A stretch of DNA of 64,000 nt from Octopus bimaculoides. Lineage: Eukaryota. The notes below the pieces were generated by a model. The model made no database searches. It was not told the origin of the DNA and saw only the letters and a program-made list of their open reading frames with translations. Shown piece by piece: positions 47,071-61,314 of this stretch. Numbering within the stretch: the first letter of the stretch is position 1; each line of letters opens with the position of its first letter. A program made the position numbers and the translations under genes. The stretch spans positions 132,401,538-132,465,537 of the forward strand of contig NC_068983.1 of assembly GCF_001194135.2 (NCBI RefSeq). The letters run 5' to 3'.

Positions 47071-50000
47071 TGGGTATAGCTATGTACGTAAATATATCGA
47101 TATCTCCGTTTATATATAGCATACATACAAAACAAATACATACATGCAATATATGTTCATTGCCATAAAGATACAAACTGAAACTCCATACGTTTTTTGG
47201 AATTCACTGCTATAAAATAGACAATGAAACAATATTTTGATTACTATTTAGTAAAATTAAAACACGCTACATAAGTTGATAGGGCAAATGAATACGTTCG
47301 ATTTTCGAAATCATGCTGCAGAGGAAGTATAATAAATTGAAACTTTATATTCAATAGACTTAAATATATACATAAATAGAATTATTATGCACAAACGCTC
47401 CTTAGTCTCTCTTCAACTTGCTCTCCGAATTGTTAATCAGAACATGCTTTATTGCCGAATCATCTTCGAAGAGCATAATTACAAATGCACCGCTAATTTA
47501 AGTACAAGAAATATCGACAAGAATAAGAAATATCTGGAAGGATCATGCGATTCTGGTGCGGCAATATAGTACGTGTTGGATCGAAATTCATTTGATGAAA
47601 TAGAGAAATGAGGAGAGCGCTAATATTGGTTTCTTAAGAACCGGTTTGGTATTGATTTCTAGCATATTTTCAAACCAACATTTCTTATTGCTGATAGAGC
47701 TCAGGTAGATCATTCGCGCTACTTTATTTGCTTTCTTTAATCTTTCTTGGAAGAATGAAAATCGAATTGTCAGCAGGATTAGAACACAAGACGTAAGATC
47801 GTAATTATATACTGCAAAATCGTGCATTCCGTCACATAACTCAAGCTTAATATGCATCTCTAACAAAAATACAAAACAACATCACTTGATTAATTGATTC
47901 CAAGTGGTTAATGTCAGAAAGCATGCCGGGGTTAATATAATACCGCAGCAAAAAATAATGAGTAGAGAACTTAAAATTATATATACCAAAAAGTTGAGGA
48001 TATAATTGTTAAAATTATTAAATCAGTGGCTAGCGTATAAAAGCCACCATATCCGTAAAATTTAATGTTTAAGTATATACTTATGAAAATATAATTATAA
48101 TTACGAGTGCTGGAGTGCCAACGCCTACACGCTAGAAGCAGATGTCAAATTTCTACAAATCACTCTAAATATATTCTGTATTTTATTACAATGCAAGGCC
48201 GAATGCGAGGTAATGGGCAAGAAGATTCACAAAAATTTCGGATGACTCTATATATTAAGATTACGTGTTCTGTAATAAAAACACAACTTTGCACTCTTCA
48301 TTAGAGATACACTGATAGTATATAAGCGATAATTATAATCATATATTTAAAAATTAATTTTACGCATTTTGTTGTTTTCATACGCTAGCCAATGAGTTAA
48401 TCAATTTAATGAACCTTGGTATTACAGCAAATCGGTGAATGCAATGATTGTGTTCTAGGTATTAGCGACGTATTCCGCTATGATTGACACACGAATTACT
48501 ATCAAAACTTCATATTCACGTACCTTAGTCACGCGATTCATCACTTTCTTATCTGAATTTAGTCATTTGACATGTGATAACGTAGATTTTGTAATCTTAC
48601 GATCAACACTGCAGTGCTTCACAGTTCATTACGTTACCCTCTCTGTAGCAACTAATTGTGACTAAAGTTCTTTTGGTCACGTTTAACAATACCTATTCTT
48701 ATTCAAATGACCAAATGACATTGCTCTTCACTCTTTTCTAACGCTTTCCGACCATATCTCACATGAAACTTAAATACTATAAACAAAACCTGACTGATTT
48801 TATGATTTGATTTTTCTGTATACTAACTTCTTTATATGTTCATGCAAACAATATTTCATGCAGAGTGGGCCATTTTCCGATTGGTATTGAATTTTCGGGC
48901 AGATTCAAAGAATATAGCTCTAGTAAAATGGATTGAAGCACATTATGTCGTCTTCAGTTTTGAGTTCAGTATATTTGTCATTGATTTTCTATGAAACCAA
49001 TGGTTCTTGCCTTTTAACTGAATACTTTGATTTGCATTATCAGTAGAAAGAAGCCTATATTATACATGTATAACCATCATATGAAATGAAGCATATAACA
49101 TTTCGGTAATACATAGTGCATAGCTTATGTCTTTATAATGGACCCAAACTAAAATAAATATGCCATTGTCTTCACTTATGAACCCTGTTCGTACAAACTA
49201 CATATATGTATATATATATATATATATATNNNNNNNNNNNNNNNNNNNNNNNNNNNNNNNNNNNNNNNNNNNNNNNNNNNNNNNNNNNNNNNNNNNNNNN
49301 NNNNNNNNNNNNNNNNNNNNNNNNNNNNNNNNNNNNNNNNNNNNNNNNNNNNNNNNNNNNNNNNNNNNNNNNNNNNNNNNNNNNNNNNNNNNNNNNNNNN
49401 NNNNNNNNNNNNNNNNNNNNNNNNNNNNNNNNNNNNNNNNNNNNNNNNNNNNNNNNNNNNNNNNNNNNNNNNNNNNNNNNNNNNNNNNNNNNNNNNNNNN
49501 NNNNNNNNNNNNNNNNNNNNNNNNNNNNNNNNNNNNNNNNNNNNNNNNNNNNNNNNNNNNNNNNNNNNNNNNNNNNNNNNNNNNNNNNNNNNNNNNNNNN
49601 NNNNNNNNNNNNNNNNNNNNNNNNNNNNNNNNNNNNNNNNNNNNNNNNNNNNNNNNNNNNNNNNNNNNNNNNNNNNNNNNNNNNNNNNNNNNNNNNNNNN
49701 NNNNNNNNNNNNNNNNNNNNNNNNNNNNNNNNNNNNNNNNNNCATATACATATTCAACATTCATGATTCACTATCTTGCGTAAAGATTATAAGAGAATGT
49801 GTAGCATTATTGAATAATGCTACAGAAAATTAGCATAAATTAGTGCGCCCCATATTTGAACAGAATTCATAAATTGGATCCATAACGTTCTCTACTTTTC
49901 ACATGTGGTCGACCGATAAACAGGTGAAAATCATTCGACTGCGTCGCCGTGGACATCTAATTGGCACCTAGTTATTGATTGAAAAGTGTATAATATTGAA

Positions 50001-51590
50001 CAATCATGCCTGTTTTTGAAAACATAAGTTTGTGTATATATGTAAGTGTGCGTCAAGGAATTGTGACTTTCATGCTGTAATTTGTTTAACCTAACAAGCC
50101 AGAGTATCACATACCAATCCACTATCATTAATATATCTCTGTAAGGATATCATTCTGAAAATAGGTCGTATCAATTTTTAAAACTGAAAACTGTAAATCG
50201 TATTATATTCAGAATGAAGTATCCAATATTTTATTCAGAATGAATGAGGTTATGCCCCGGCATGGATGCAGTGTAATGACTGAAGCCATTCTAGATAGTA
50301 ATTAATTATATCTGATATATTACTATTTCGTAGAATCGGTAAATCAGTGAAGATTAGTGAGAGAAAAGATATAAACAAAACTGAAATAACTGATTTGGTC
50401 ATTCTTGTAATCAAATGGTGTAACCAAAGAATAGCATCATCTACAGTTTATGATTGAATTCTCTATGGAAACCTCTCAAGATTGGAAACTAATTTTAGCT
50501 TCTGACCAGAGAAACATGAAAAAGTAAAAGACAATAGAAATAGTAACGGATGTTAATCGATGTATATTAGAAGAAGCATGAAAATCCTTTTTAGCACAAC
50601 GAACTTTTAAGAAGGTCAACATAGTGAAAAATCGATTATATTCTTCAAATCAACGCTTTGTGGAATACCCACGTAATGAAAGACGATGTCACCCAATTTT
50701 ATAAAGGATAAATGATGCAGAGAAAGAAGAAAATTGTAGAAATACATTTTTTCATACCGCTGGTAATATTTTGCTTCTGTGAAAAGTACAATTAATATGT
50801 TTCTAATCATTGTTTACATTCCTCAATACGTTCTACAAAACAACCGAGGCATTTATCTAAAAGCAAAGCGTTTTCTTGACAAAGTATAAAATATCCTTAT
50901 TTATTGCAGCCATTATAACTAGACATAAAGATAATCGGTAACGGAAAGACTAAACAATAGAAATAGAAATATAAACAATATAAAAGAGACGGTTAGATCG
51001 AAGTTTTTATTGAGATTTTTGACCGCTTTTAGCAGATACGATGGAAATATCTAAGAAAATTGTACATGTCTTTCACGTAGAAATAGAATATGAAATTATG
51101 TGAAGGCTAAGTAGAGAGTTGCATGTCAGTAATAATAGCTTAACGGCAATAATTAGAAGCGCTACAGCATATTTTGCTTTGTGGTAAGAATTTAGCAGTG
51201 GACAACTGACTGATACATATATAGATAGATATTCATATACATATATACTCATATGCACATATATTCACAGAAATATACATACATGCATAGATATAATAGT
51301 ATATGTGTGTGCGTATACATGTATTTATATATTTATATATATAAATGTATGTGTTTATATATATACATATGTGTGCGTATGCGTGCGCACGTGACATGTG
51401 TGTATATGTGTGTGTGCATATTAAAACTAATACTAATCTGAGGATCTGCTAAATATTTTCCATATTTATTAAATTTTCTCCGAATGTTTGACATTTGTGT
51501 GTATCAATTTATCTATTTATGCATATATGTGTCTATGTGCCCCTCTCTCTCTCCCTATCTCTCTTTTTCTACACATCTCACTCTTTATCG

Positions 51591-51660
<70 letters not shown>

Positions 51661-52362
51661 GTACATTTAAGCAACACATTTTCTCTCTATTGGGCAATTG
51701 AAAATGGCACAGAAAAATATAGCATTGGATCTGTTTCAAGCCATTGCAAATTATTCAGTCTGATAGGCTACACAGTAATGTTAAACGTTACTATCTACAA
51801 AGACACTTCATGCATATTGATTTGTAAAGAGATTATATAGAAGCCTTTCTGAACAGCCTATAATATGGAATTCTACGTTCTCCACCTGGTCTCGTGTATT
51901 AGTCGACAGACATCGATTTTCAACTCCACAGTTAAGAAGTGGAGAGACCTCGAAATAGAACACTGCCGCCCCATTGCGATCAATAGTTGATTTCAGAATG
52001 ATGTATTGAATCTCAAACAAGTAAACTATCAAGTAACTTGTTTCGTAGAGCCAAGTCTAATACGCTTTTATTCAATATTTATTACAAGCAACTTTCTAAG
52101 GAATCATTCAGAAGAAATCATAGTCCGTTCTACCTTAAGTTTCATTATTTATATCTGGTCTAACATTCTCAACGCGATACAATACAATTCTGAAACAGTA
52201 CTATTTAATTAGCAGAAATTACTATACATACATACACAAAGAAAATATAGGAGTACGTCCTCATAAATGAAACATCCCCCATACTAAATCGAAAAAACAT
52301 ATAGAATGTAATGATAAGTTTGCTGTTATGTACGCGAATATATATATGTGTGTGTGTGCGTG

Positions 52363-52520
52363 TAGGTAGGTAGGTAGGTAAGTAGGTAGGTAGGTAGGTA
52401 GGTAGGTAGGTAGGTAGGTAGGTAGGTAGGTAGGTGGATAGGTAGGTATGCAGTTAGGTAGGTAAGTAGGTAGGTAGTTAGTTAGGGATGTCGGTAGGTA
52501 GGTAGACAGGTAGGAATGTA
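52363..52520. repeat. (TAGG)n tetranucleotide microsatellite
   Basis: Read directly from the sequence. Confidence 0.95.
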
Positions 52521-52691
52521 TATGAAGGAAGACAGATAGCTAAGTAGATAGATAGGTACGTAGGTAATACGAATCGACGCACACACACACGCACACACAC
52601 CCGCACACACGCACACACGCACACAATCGCACACAGACATACATACACAAAAAAGGAGATAGAAACACATGACCATATACACAAGCATACT

Positions 52692-52725
<34 letters not shown>

Positions 52726-53269
52726 GGAGACAGAGGTACACATACAAATACACACAAACACACACACTTGCAAAGACACAAACATGCATACATAAACACA
52801 TGAATATATAGAATACATACATACAAACATACACATATGCATACACATATATATCCATACACGCACACAATCTATGAGAATTTATAATCGAATAATATTT
52901 AGAATTTTTCGGTAAGTTCTTACTAACCGCTTCACGGAACTGTAAAGGAAGATTAGATTTAATTTGCCTTCCATACGTTTTGCTAGCACTAGTCAAATTG
53001 TAAGTGGAACTATCTGTAAAGAACATCGTATTCCCTTTAGAATGAAAAATTAGGCTTAAATAACGGTTATCTCCCTTATGCTGTAAAAAAAATCTTACTC
53101 TGTTTTGTGTTGATGTCTATATCAAAATTAAAATCACTCTTCATATTACAACTAAGTTTCATGTCTCAATTAGTAGATGTAGAATGAGATTGAGTACAAT
53201 TAATGTAGGTAACTTTTTCTTTATACGCTGGTTTAACTAAGGCAGAGTTATAAAATTCAGCCTTGTTAA

Positions 53270-53830
53270 AAATGTCATAATTGGCAGATAGTTTAGACAA
53301 TCTAACTAAAATATTTTAAACTAAATTCTTAGTAATTGCCCTAGCGTGATTACTGGATATGCAAATATATTTGAGATTGATGGATGGTTTGTGGTATGGA
53401 AAGTCGAGTTATTGTGCAAATTAAGTGTAATATCTAAGTTGGCTTTACTTACATCGTTATCAAAAACGATGCCTAAGCCCATTCTATGGAAAAATCTAAC
53501 TAACCTATTCTTTACCTTCTGTATTTTTTATTTGAAACATTTTGGATGTAAAGTAAACAATCTTCACGATATAGACCTCCACTGATGTCTGGGAACTGGT
53601 CAACCATTTCATAAAGTATATATACGCCGACTAAATCCGCTATTTGTGCTGAATCGGAACTTCCTATCGTGACATCAAATCCGTCGGGTATATCCTTACG
53701 GACTCACATCTTGTCAAATTTTATGATAGATTTTCTGGTTGCCAACACAACGCTAATCTCTTCTCTGGTGAGACCAGCTTTGTTGTGAGCAAGCCAAAGT
53801 ACCTTATGAAGTACTATTGGGTTAATGGAC
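53270..53830 (-). mobile_element. Penelope-like reverse transcriptase fragment
   Basis: The minus strand reads RKSIIKFDKM*VRKD..FDVTIGSSDSAQIADLVGVYILYEM..GGLYREDCLL..NLDITLNL..PYHKP..SSNH..RLSKLSAN. These are the PLE RT motifs FDVTMGS.DGAE and LYRDDGL. Confidence 0.82.
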
Positions 53831-54107
53831 GAATAAAAGCTAGAAATATCGAACTGAATTAGTTTAGTGTTAACCTTATTAGTAATAGAAGTAAACCAAT
53901 CAACGACTTGAATATAATATGTATATGTGTGTATATATATTATATAATATATATCATATATGTACGTATAAATATATATATATATATATATATATANNNN
54001 NNNNNNNNNNNNNNNNNNNNNNNNNNNNNNNNNNNNNNNNNNNNNNNNNNNNNNNNNNNNNNNNNNNNNNNNNNNNNNNNNNATATGTATATATATACAT
54101 GCATATA

Positions 54108-54265
54108 TGGATACAGGACATCACCAACTGTGTAAACAACATCAACTACGAAAACAAACTAGTTAAATACGCAAACAACGATACAAAGAATGGAAAACAG
54201 GACAAGAAAACACAAAGAACGACCCTTCATGAGTTGTCGGCTGTCCATCTACTCCTCATGTCGAT
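54108..54265 (-). repeat. Dispersed repeat tail, homologous to 37750-37895
   Basis: It aligns as a reverse complement to 37750-37895. Confidence 0.7.
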
Positions 54266-55214
54266 CATTCAACCACACTTTGAGCCTTCAAAGACAGTTG
54301 CTCCCATAAACTCCAAAATAAAATTTTGGATATATGGAAACTCAAAATTGGGAACAAAAACAGGACAGTGGAGATACAAGGAAACCGAACGAAAACAAAC
54401 ATAGAGGGTCGTTAAACCGGAATGAGAGGAAAATAGTGAACGCTGGAGGAAATATTTTATTTGAAAAGAGAGAAGAAAGAAATAATGTTAATAAGTTAAA
54501 ATAATTTATTATTAGTGTTTAGCATGCATAAATGATAGTCATAAGACAAGATAACTTTAAAAAATATGAGTGTATATTTTTTTTTTTCTTTTTCATAAAA
54601 AAATATTTTATAAACTTATATTTAAAAACAAATAGGTTATATCTTATGGCTTTTATTTATGCATACCAACCACTGATAATGATTTATTTTATTACTTTTA
54701 TATTTACGATAGTAATATTTATAATTCTAACCCTATATAGGATGAAGCTTTAAATTTATTTATCTACTGCTGGACTATATATATGTACGCTCGGGCACTA
54801 AATCCGAACCCTTAAATGGATAAAAATGTAGCTGCCTAGCGCACGTGTTTTAAGTAGTATTTGCGGCAAAATAATTATTCCTTAATTAGCCATTACGCTA
54901 TCGAGCTACATATACCAAATTAGTTTATTTGGCAATTAATAGCGAAAGTCGAGTTCGGGATTAACGATTTCATTTTTTATTCGTTCTAGTATTAAAAATT
55001 GGCGAGCCTCAAAAATTCACTCTTTCGTGGTCTGGGTTTGAACTGGCCTTTTTATCGTCTAAGGAGTTGTGTCAATACTCTCCTCTATGTGTATAAGAAA
55101 AAAATATTTAATACACACTATATATATGTATACATATAGATATATGAACTGAAACTCAACCACCGAGTATTACCTTAAATCATTACCTCATGATCAAGGC
55201 GTCGACCTTTCCTC

Positions 55215-55340
55215 AATCTTCGTGTTCTGTGCTCAAATTCAGCCAAGGTGAACTTTGCCTTGGTCGTTAAAATTAGTACTAGAGGTCGTTAAAATTAGTA
55301 CCACAATTTATTGGCCTTGTGCTGAAATTTGGGACCAATA
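55215..55340 (+). mobile_element. Decayed SINE fragment with an internal 18-bp duplication
   Basis: gttctgtgctcaaattcagccaaggtgaactttgcctt resembles the SINE core. GGTCGTTAAAATTAGTAC occurs twice. Confidence 0.55.
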
Positions 55341-56021
55341 TAGTTCTATTTTATTGGCAAATGATGATAGTGAGTGTGTAATTTGAATTGTGATTAGTCT
55401 GGTCATTTAGAATATTAGGTCTCACTTAAGGAACTAATATAACTGTAAATTTGGGAGCCCTTTGGGAGTAAAATTCTGCCTCTACAAGTTTCAAGATGAA
55501 ACTTTTCAAGCCTTCTTTGAGCTGGCTATATCTTCTTTCAACTGTATTTTTTTATTTCTATACCTTATTACCCCCTCAGTTGAGGTAATACAATTTGCCC
55601 TTCCGAATAACAGGGAATTTGATATATGTATGTTCGTATTACATGCTTTCTTCTGCTAGTGTTGTTCATTTTGTGAATTTCATTTGTAATCATGTATTGG
55701 TTTTCGCTTACGCCTAATAGTACTATCATACATTATTTGTTGATATTACGGTTTAATGTGATTTGTGGTGCACCATGAGAATATCGACCACACTTTTCAG
55801 TAACTAATCTTTCATTTTATAACTGTAATTTGTCTTTTCCTTCTCTTCCTTTTAATCTTTCCCTGCCCTTAATTTTTCACACAGCAGCATGCCCAAGTAA
55901 CTGCATGGATATGTGTATGTATTTGTGTTCTGTTACAGGACCACTTGAGGGCATTGCTGGCACGTTTTCTTGCAGGGAATGTTTACTACGGCATTTCTGA
56001 TCGCTTTAAGGATGTCTCTTG

Positions 56022-56097
56022 CTTTTGTTTCTGGTTTGCTTCCTTTTGTTTCTGGTTTGCTTCCTTTTGTTTCTGGTTTGCTTCCTTTTGTTTCTGG
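56022..56097. repeat. Perfect 21-bp tandem repeat x3.6 (CTTTTGTTTCTGGTTTGCTTC)
   Basis: Units start at 56022, 56043 and 56064, with a partial unit at 56085. Confidence 0.95.
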
Positions 56098-57792
56098 GTA
56101 TTTTAGTTTCTTGCTGCTCTTGTTGTTATTGCTGTTGTTTTGTAACACTCGTGATTGTTGTTGCCGTTGTTGGTTTTATTGTTGTTCGTATTTTTGATGT
56201 GAAATTTGTAGAAAAATGACTCTGTGGCCTTTCCATTTTTATGGACAGATATCACTTAAACGTATGTTAACATCATAGAGATGGTATCTAGTCTTACCAT
56301 CAAATCTAAATGTTGAGAGCGTCATGCAGTTTTGGAGCTCAGCATTTTCACGCTATTTACTTTTTGTTGCTTCCATAACATTAGCCTACGAAACACTCTA
56401 CAGATGTACATTTTCTATCTGCAGGATGACCCATTCATCTTCATCAGATGTCAGTCATCGGATGCCTACTTTGCACTCACTTTGGCCAGAATTTTTCCCA
56501 CGTTGCTGTGGACATGGAAAAACCGTTCTTGCCTTAACCGGGGTGCCACAGTGTTTTAGTCCCGCTTTTTCAGGTACAAATCTCATGTCTATTGTGCGAA
56601 ATTATTTGTCTCATAAAGCGCAAGTTTTGGCGTAATTCTGTATATCTCACAGGAATCTTTGGCCCCTCTATGGGTTAAATTCATCATTCCAGCCGATTTA
56701 GATGTTAATGCATCTGTACGTTAGAGAGCATGAAAAATATTTAGCACTTCTTGTACTTACAAAAATGTCCGGCATACTTATCGCCTTACGTTTCTATGGT
56801 CCTTGGAGTATTCACTGTCTACGGCTTTCATTTTATTGATTGAGACGATTCTGTCTATATTAAACAATAGATGTCAGTCTACCGGTATTATTGATGTTGA
56901 TTTGTCAGATGCTCTTCTCTGCTGAGCTAGTGATCAGAATACAGAGTAAGTGTGCTGTTATTGTTTTGGCTTCTTGACATAGAATAGTACAAATGTTGGG
57001 AATTCATTGTTGAAACAATTTTTCGCTGTTCTCTTTATCTTTTCCAATTTGTTCTGTTGAAATCATTATAATTACCCTGAATATTGCTAAGTTCTTCCAC
57101 GAGGAGCAATTCTCCCCAGTGCCATTCACTTTTCATCAAATTCATTGAAATGAAACAATCTACTCCCGACTCTTATTATGTCAATAAAACGTCAGGTGCG
57201 CTAGGCAACAGCCAAGAACATGTAAACAAGTCTGGTGTGAATCCATAAACTTCTTATAGCAGTCCACTTAAACCAGACGATCATTTATTTGGCCAAATAT
57301 GCAACTCAGACCGTGATTCGTATCATGTTATCTTGATTTCCAAAATTCTTCATAGGATATCGAGGTATGCAGTAAAATCCAACACTTCTATTTCACCAGT
57401 GTCCATAATATTTGGAGGTGGACAAAATAGAATAACCAAACATGCATCAGTTGTAGACTATTAAGGGCATAATTATGTCATTACTCCCACCTTACAAGTG
57501 TTCTACATGTTCTATTTCAATTACAGCCGTAAATCAAAGAAAACAGTTTAATTCTTATGTCGGATTCACCAGATTTCATGTTGAAAATATAGATAAACGC
57601 ATGTTTTACCACAGACAAATCGTTCGCCATGCTACTGTTAAAGGTTTTCTAATCTGAAAACTGTAATTTACGAACAGTGATCTACTAATATCTACCTGTC
57701 TCACTTTGCCATACTTTATCGATTTGAATTCAATGAGAATAATATATATCTATATATGAGATAAATTAGAGACAGTTACTTTAAGATGGATC

Positions 57793-57793
<1 letters not shown>

Positions 57794-57853
<60 letters not shown>

Positions 57854-57855
57854 GC

Positions 57856-57900
<45 letters not shown>
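57794..57900. repeat. Compound microsatellite (TAT)n(TGT)n
   Basis: Read directly from the sequence. Confidence 0.95.
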
Positions 57901-57902
<2 letters not shown>

Positions 57903-58700
57903 TCTTCTTTCTCCAAATTTTCTTCCATTTCTCGCCGAGAAATAGCAACAGTCTACTGCAACTGGCAGAAAAACGGGAATATTCTCAGTTTTGTGCTGAC
58001 TGTTTCCAAGACGTCTCAAAACAAGTCTTACATATGCCAATAAATTTCGTAGGGAAGACCATCCAAGTCCGGGCTTGTCTCTAGTGCAGCCTGCCATCGA
58101 TTTCCGTACATCAGCGGCTATAATATGACTTTCACAACACTCCGCTTTCTTGCCGAGAGTCGTGGCAAGTCACACAGGTAGGCACTAAATTTCACCCTGC
58201 GTTCTGACTCACCAGTTGTCTCGAACAGTCGGGACCACAAAAGTAGCAACATGGCCTTCTGCCTTCAACGGCCACACCGTAGGGACGTGCCATCCTATAG
58301 TCTTATGAAATTTGGGAGATATTCAATCATCACATGATTAGTCTGAATGAATAACTCTATCGCCAGACCAACCCAGTTTTCCTGTTTCAGGACGGCAATA
58401 TCTTTATTTCTTTTTCAAAATCATAACAGATAGCTGACACCAGCCATCTTATTTCTATCTCAGGTGGTACATTTTAAAATCTTATCTTCGTCACCCGATG
58501 ACCGAGGTAAGTGGGAATCATTATAAATTCCTCGCATTTCAGGGATTTTGTTAACAGTTTTTTGTGTGCTCTTCTATGTCGAAACTTACTTCGATCGTGG
58601 AAAATCTTTAACCCCTTGCAATATATTTTTTGTAAACCCCTATGGGCTGTAGACAATTTTCAACTGTTTGATGAGTGGCCTATTCCAGTCTTTAGTTTTT
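57900..58700 (-). mobile_element. Decayed L1/Tx1-like ORF1 region
   Basis: The minus strand reads IPTYLGHRVTKIRF*NVPPEIEIRWLVSA..KQENWVGLAIE..LPNFIRL*DG..VAVEGRRPCCYFCG, an RRM-like segment followed by the start of a zinc knuckle. Confidence 0.5.
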
Positions 58701-59425
58701 ATGTTCAGGCTTTTATAATTTTTTTTAAATTTTGCAAAATATTTTGTGGGGTGTTTAGCTTTATTGTTCTGTCTTTGTATAATAACTTTTTGCATTGTAA
58801 TAGTTCGACTGTTGAGGAGGACACTAGATGACTTTTTTTTGCATCAAAATAGATGCAACATTACTTTGTTCGTGTTGGTGGTGGTGGTGGTGGTGATGGT
58901 GGCAGTGATGGTGGCAGTGTTAGTGGAAACATTCATTGTCTTAGGCGTATATTCATTTTGTCTGCTTTCCCTTCCCACTTGTTCGGAAGGAACGCTTGCG
59001 CCAGTATGTCTGTAGTCGTTGGTCTCAAAGTGTATGTATGTATGTGTGTGTGTGTGTGTGTGTGTGAACGTGTGTGTGTGTGTGAACGTGAGTGGGTGTG
59101 CGTGTGCGTATGCGTGTGCGTGCGTGTGTGTGAAAATGAACTGATATACTTGTCGTTGACAACAAAGGAAATTCCTCGTAGAAATAGGCTACTGAGAAGC
59201 TGTTAGTCTCAGAATGGCTAGCCATTTTTTTCCCACACATGAGACTATTGAAGATGTAATTTTAGAATCCGAAAATTCAGCATTAAAGGACAAATTTTCT
59301 AGCGAAAAAACTCGCCCAGGCGAAAGTAAATGCTAAGCACCTCTTTCACAAAGGTTATTTGCAAGTACACAAAAACAAACAGATGAATTTGAAAAACTTA
59401 CTGGACACGACGCGACAACATCCAG

Positions 59426-59474
<49 letters not shown>

Positions 59475-61276
59475 GCAAATATAGTATGCTTATATTTAAC
59501 TGCAGGCATTTGCACACTTGCATTAGTTGCCAGTGTAAGCCGAATGTAAATAAATTCGAAATCTTTTTGGAAAGGGGTTTCTAGAAATTTTAAAATATAA
59601 AACGTTCAATATATGCTGCAGTGCTTGTTCAAGAAAACGTAATACCAGTGAGATTTTAAACATATCTTTATCCGTATAAAATGTGGTTATTTTAATTCCT
59701 GTTATTATGTAAAATATTAACAACTGAGCTCACTTTAGAAGGATTTCTGAACTCATAATAAACATAAAATGTTTTCTATTACTTACTTAGCCCGAGGTAA
59801 GATGTATGTAGATGCTGAAAGTGAAATTGCCTTTCAGCTTGCTGTTCATACATATACGTTGCTATGACTAGTATAAATAACGTTTTGCATGGAAGGTCGT
59901 TATTGAAGTTATATATATATATATATATATATATNNNNNNNNNNNNNNNNNNNNNNNNNNNNNNNNNNNNNNNNNNNNNNNNNNNNNNNNNNNNNNNNNN
60001 NNNNNNNNNNNNNNNNNNNNNNNNNNNNNNNNNNNNNNNNNNNNNNNNNNNNNNNNNNNNNNNNNNNNNNNNNNNNNNNNNNNNNNNNNNNNNNNNNNNN
60101 NNNNNNNNNNNNNNNNNNNNNNNNNNNNNNNNNNNNNNNNNNNNNNNNNNNNNNNNNNNNNNNNNNNNNNNNNNNNNNNNNNNNNNNNNNNNNNNNNNNN
60201 NNNNNNNNNNNNNNNNNNNNNNNNNNNNNNNNNNNNNNNNNNNNNNNNNNNNNNNNNNNNNNNNNNNNNNNNNNTGTACGTGTTTCACAGCGTTCAAGAC
60301 ATACACACTTCACGTCTGGCTGTACAGCCTTTTTGTTTGTATATTTCACCGTTTCGTTTTCCTGTCTTGTTTTCCGTCCGCCACTACCCTCCACGAAAAC
60401 AATTTAATTTGTGTTCGTGGGAGGAACCATTTTAACGATGCGTACTGCCTTAATTCTTTGAAACGCCGGAGTTTTAATGGTGGCAGCTGATGAAGGGGAT
60501 GTTTCTATGTGGCCTGCTTGTTTGTTGCACCTTGTTTACCATTTTGTCCTTGTTCTTTTGCCACGTCATGTACCCAGTTATGTATCTATATGTACATGTA
60601 GAAGAACGTATATACATACATGTACATATATATGCATATATATTTAAGGGTAGCGTATACTTTTACATGTGCATATGTTTGTTTACGCAGGCACACGCTG
60701 AGAATCAGAGATTCGTTCTTAGCCTTTAACATATTCTTCTTTAAAATTTTTTTCGTCACCGTAATTGGTTGCGATTTATCTGATATATGATAGTGACAGA
60801 AGTAAAAGTAGAACTCAAAACATCATAATATGTAAGAAAAATCACTGGGTATTCTTTTCACCCTCAATTTACTCGGTACATTTTATCAAATACTCACGCG
60901 CGCAAACATATACACATGTGAACACAAACATTCTGTATATATATATATATATATNNNNNNNNNNNNNNNNNNNNNNNNNNNNNNNNNNNNNNNNNNNNNN
61001 NNNNNNNNNNNNNNNNNNNNNNNNNNNNNNNNNNNNNNNNNNNNNNNNNNNNNNNNNNNNNNNNNNNNNNNNNNNNNNNNNNNNNNNNNNNNNNNNNNNN
61101 NNNNNNNNNNNNNNNNNNNNNNNNNNNNNNNNNNNNNNNNNNNNNNNNNNNNNNNNNNNNNNNNNNNNNNNNNNNNNNNNNNNNNNNNNNNNNNNNNNNN
61201 NNNNNNNNNNNNNNNNNNNNNNNNNNNNNNNNNNNNNNNNNNNNNNNNNNNNNNNNNNNNNNNNNNNNNNNNNNNN

Positions 61277-61314
<38 letters not shown>

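Noticed and set aside
51808-52032. 74-aa ORF or micro-exon candidates
   Set aside because: The splice signals are weak or conflicting on the two strands and there is no recognisable homology.
60440-60510. Hammerhead-like GAAAC...CTGATGAAGGGG
   Set aside because: Stem I cannot be formed convincingly, and no GAAA follows the core.
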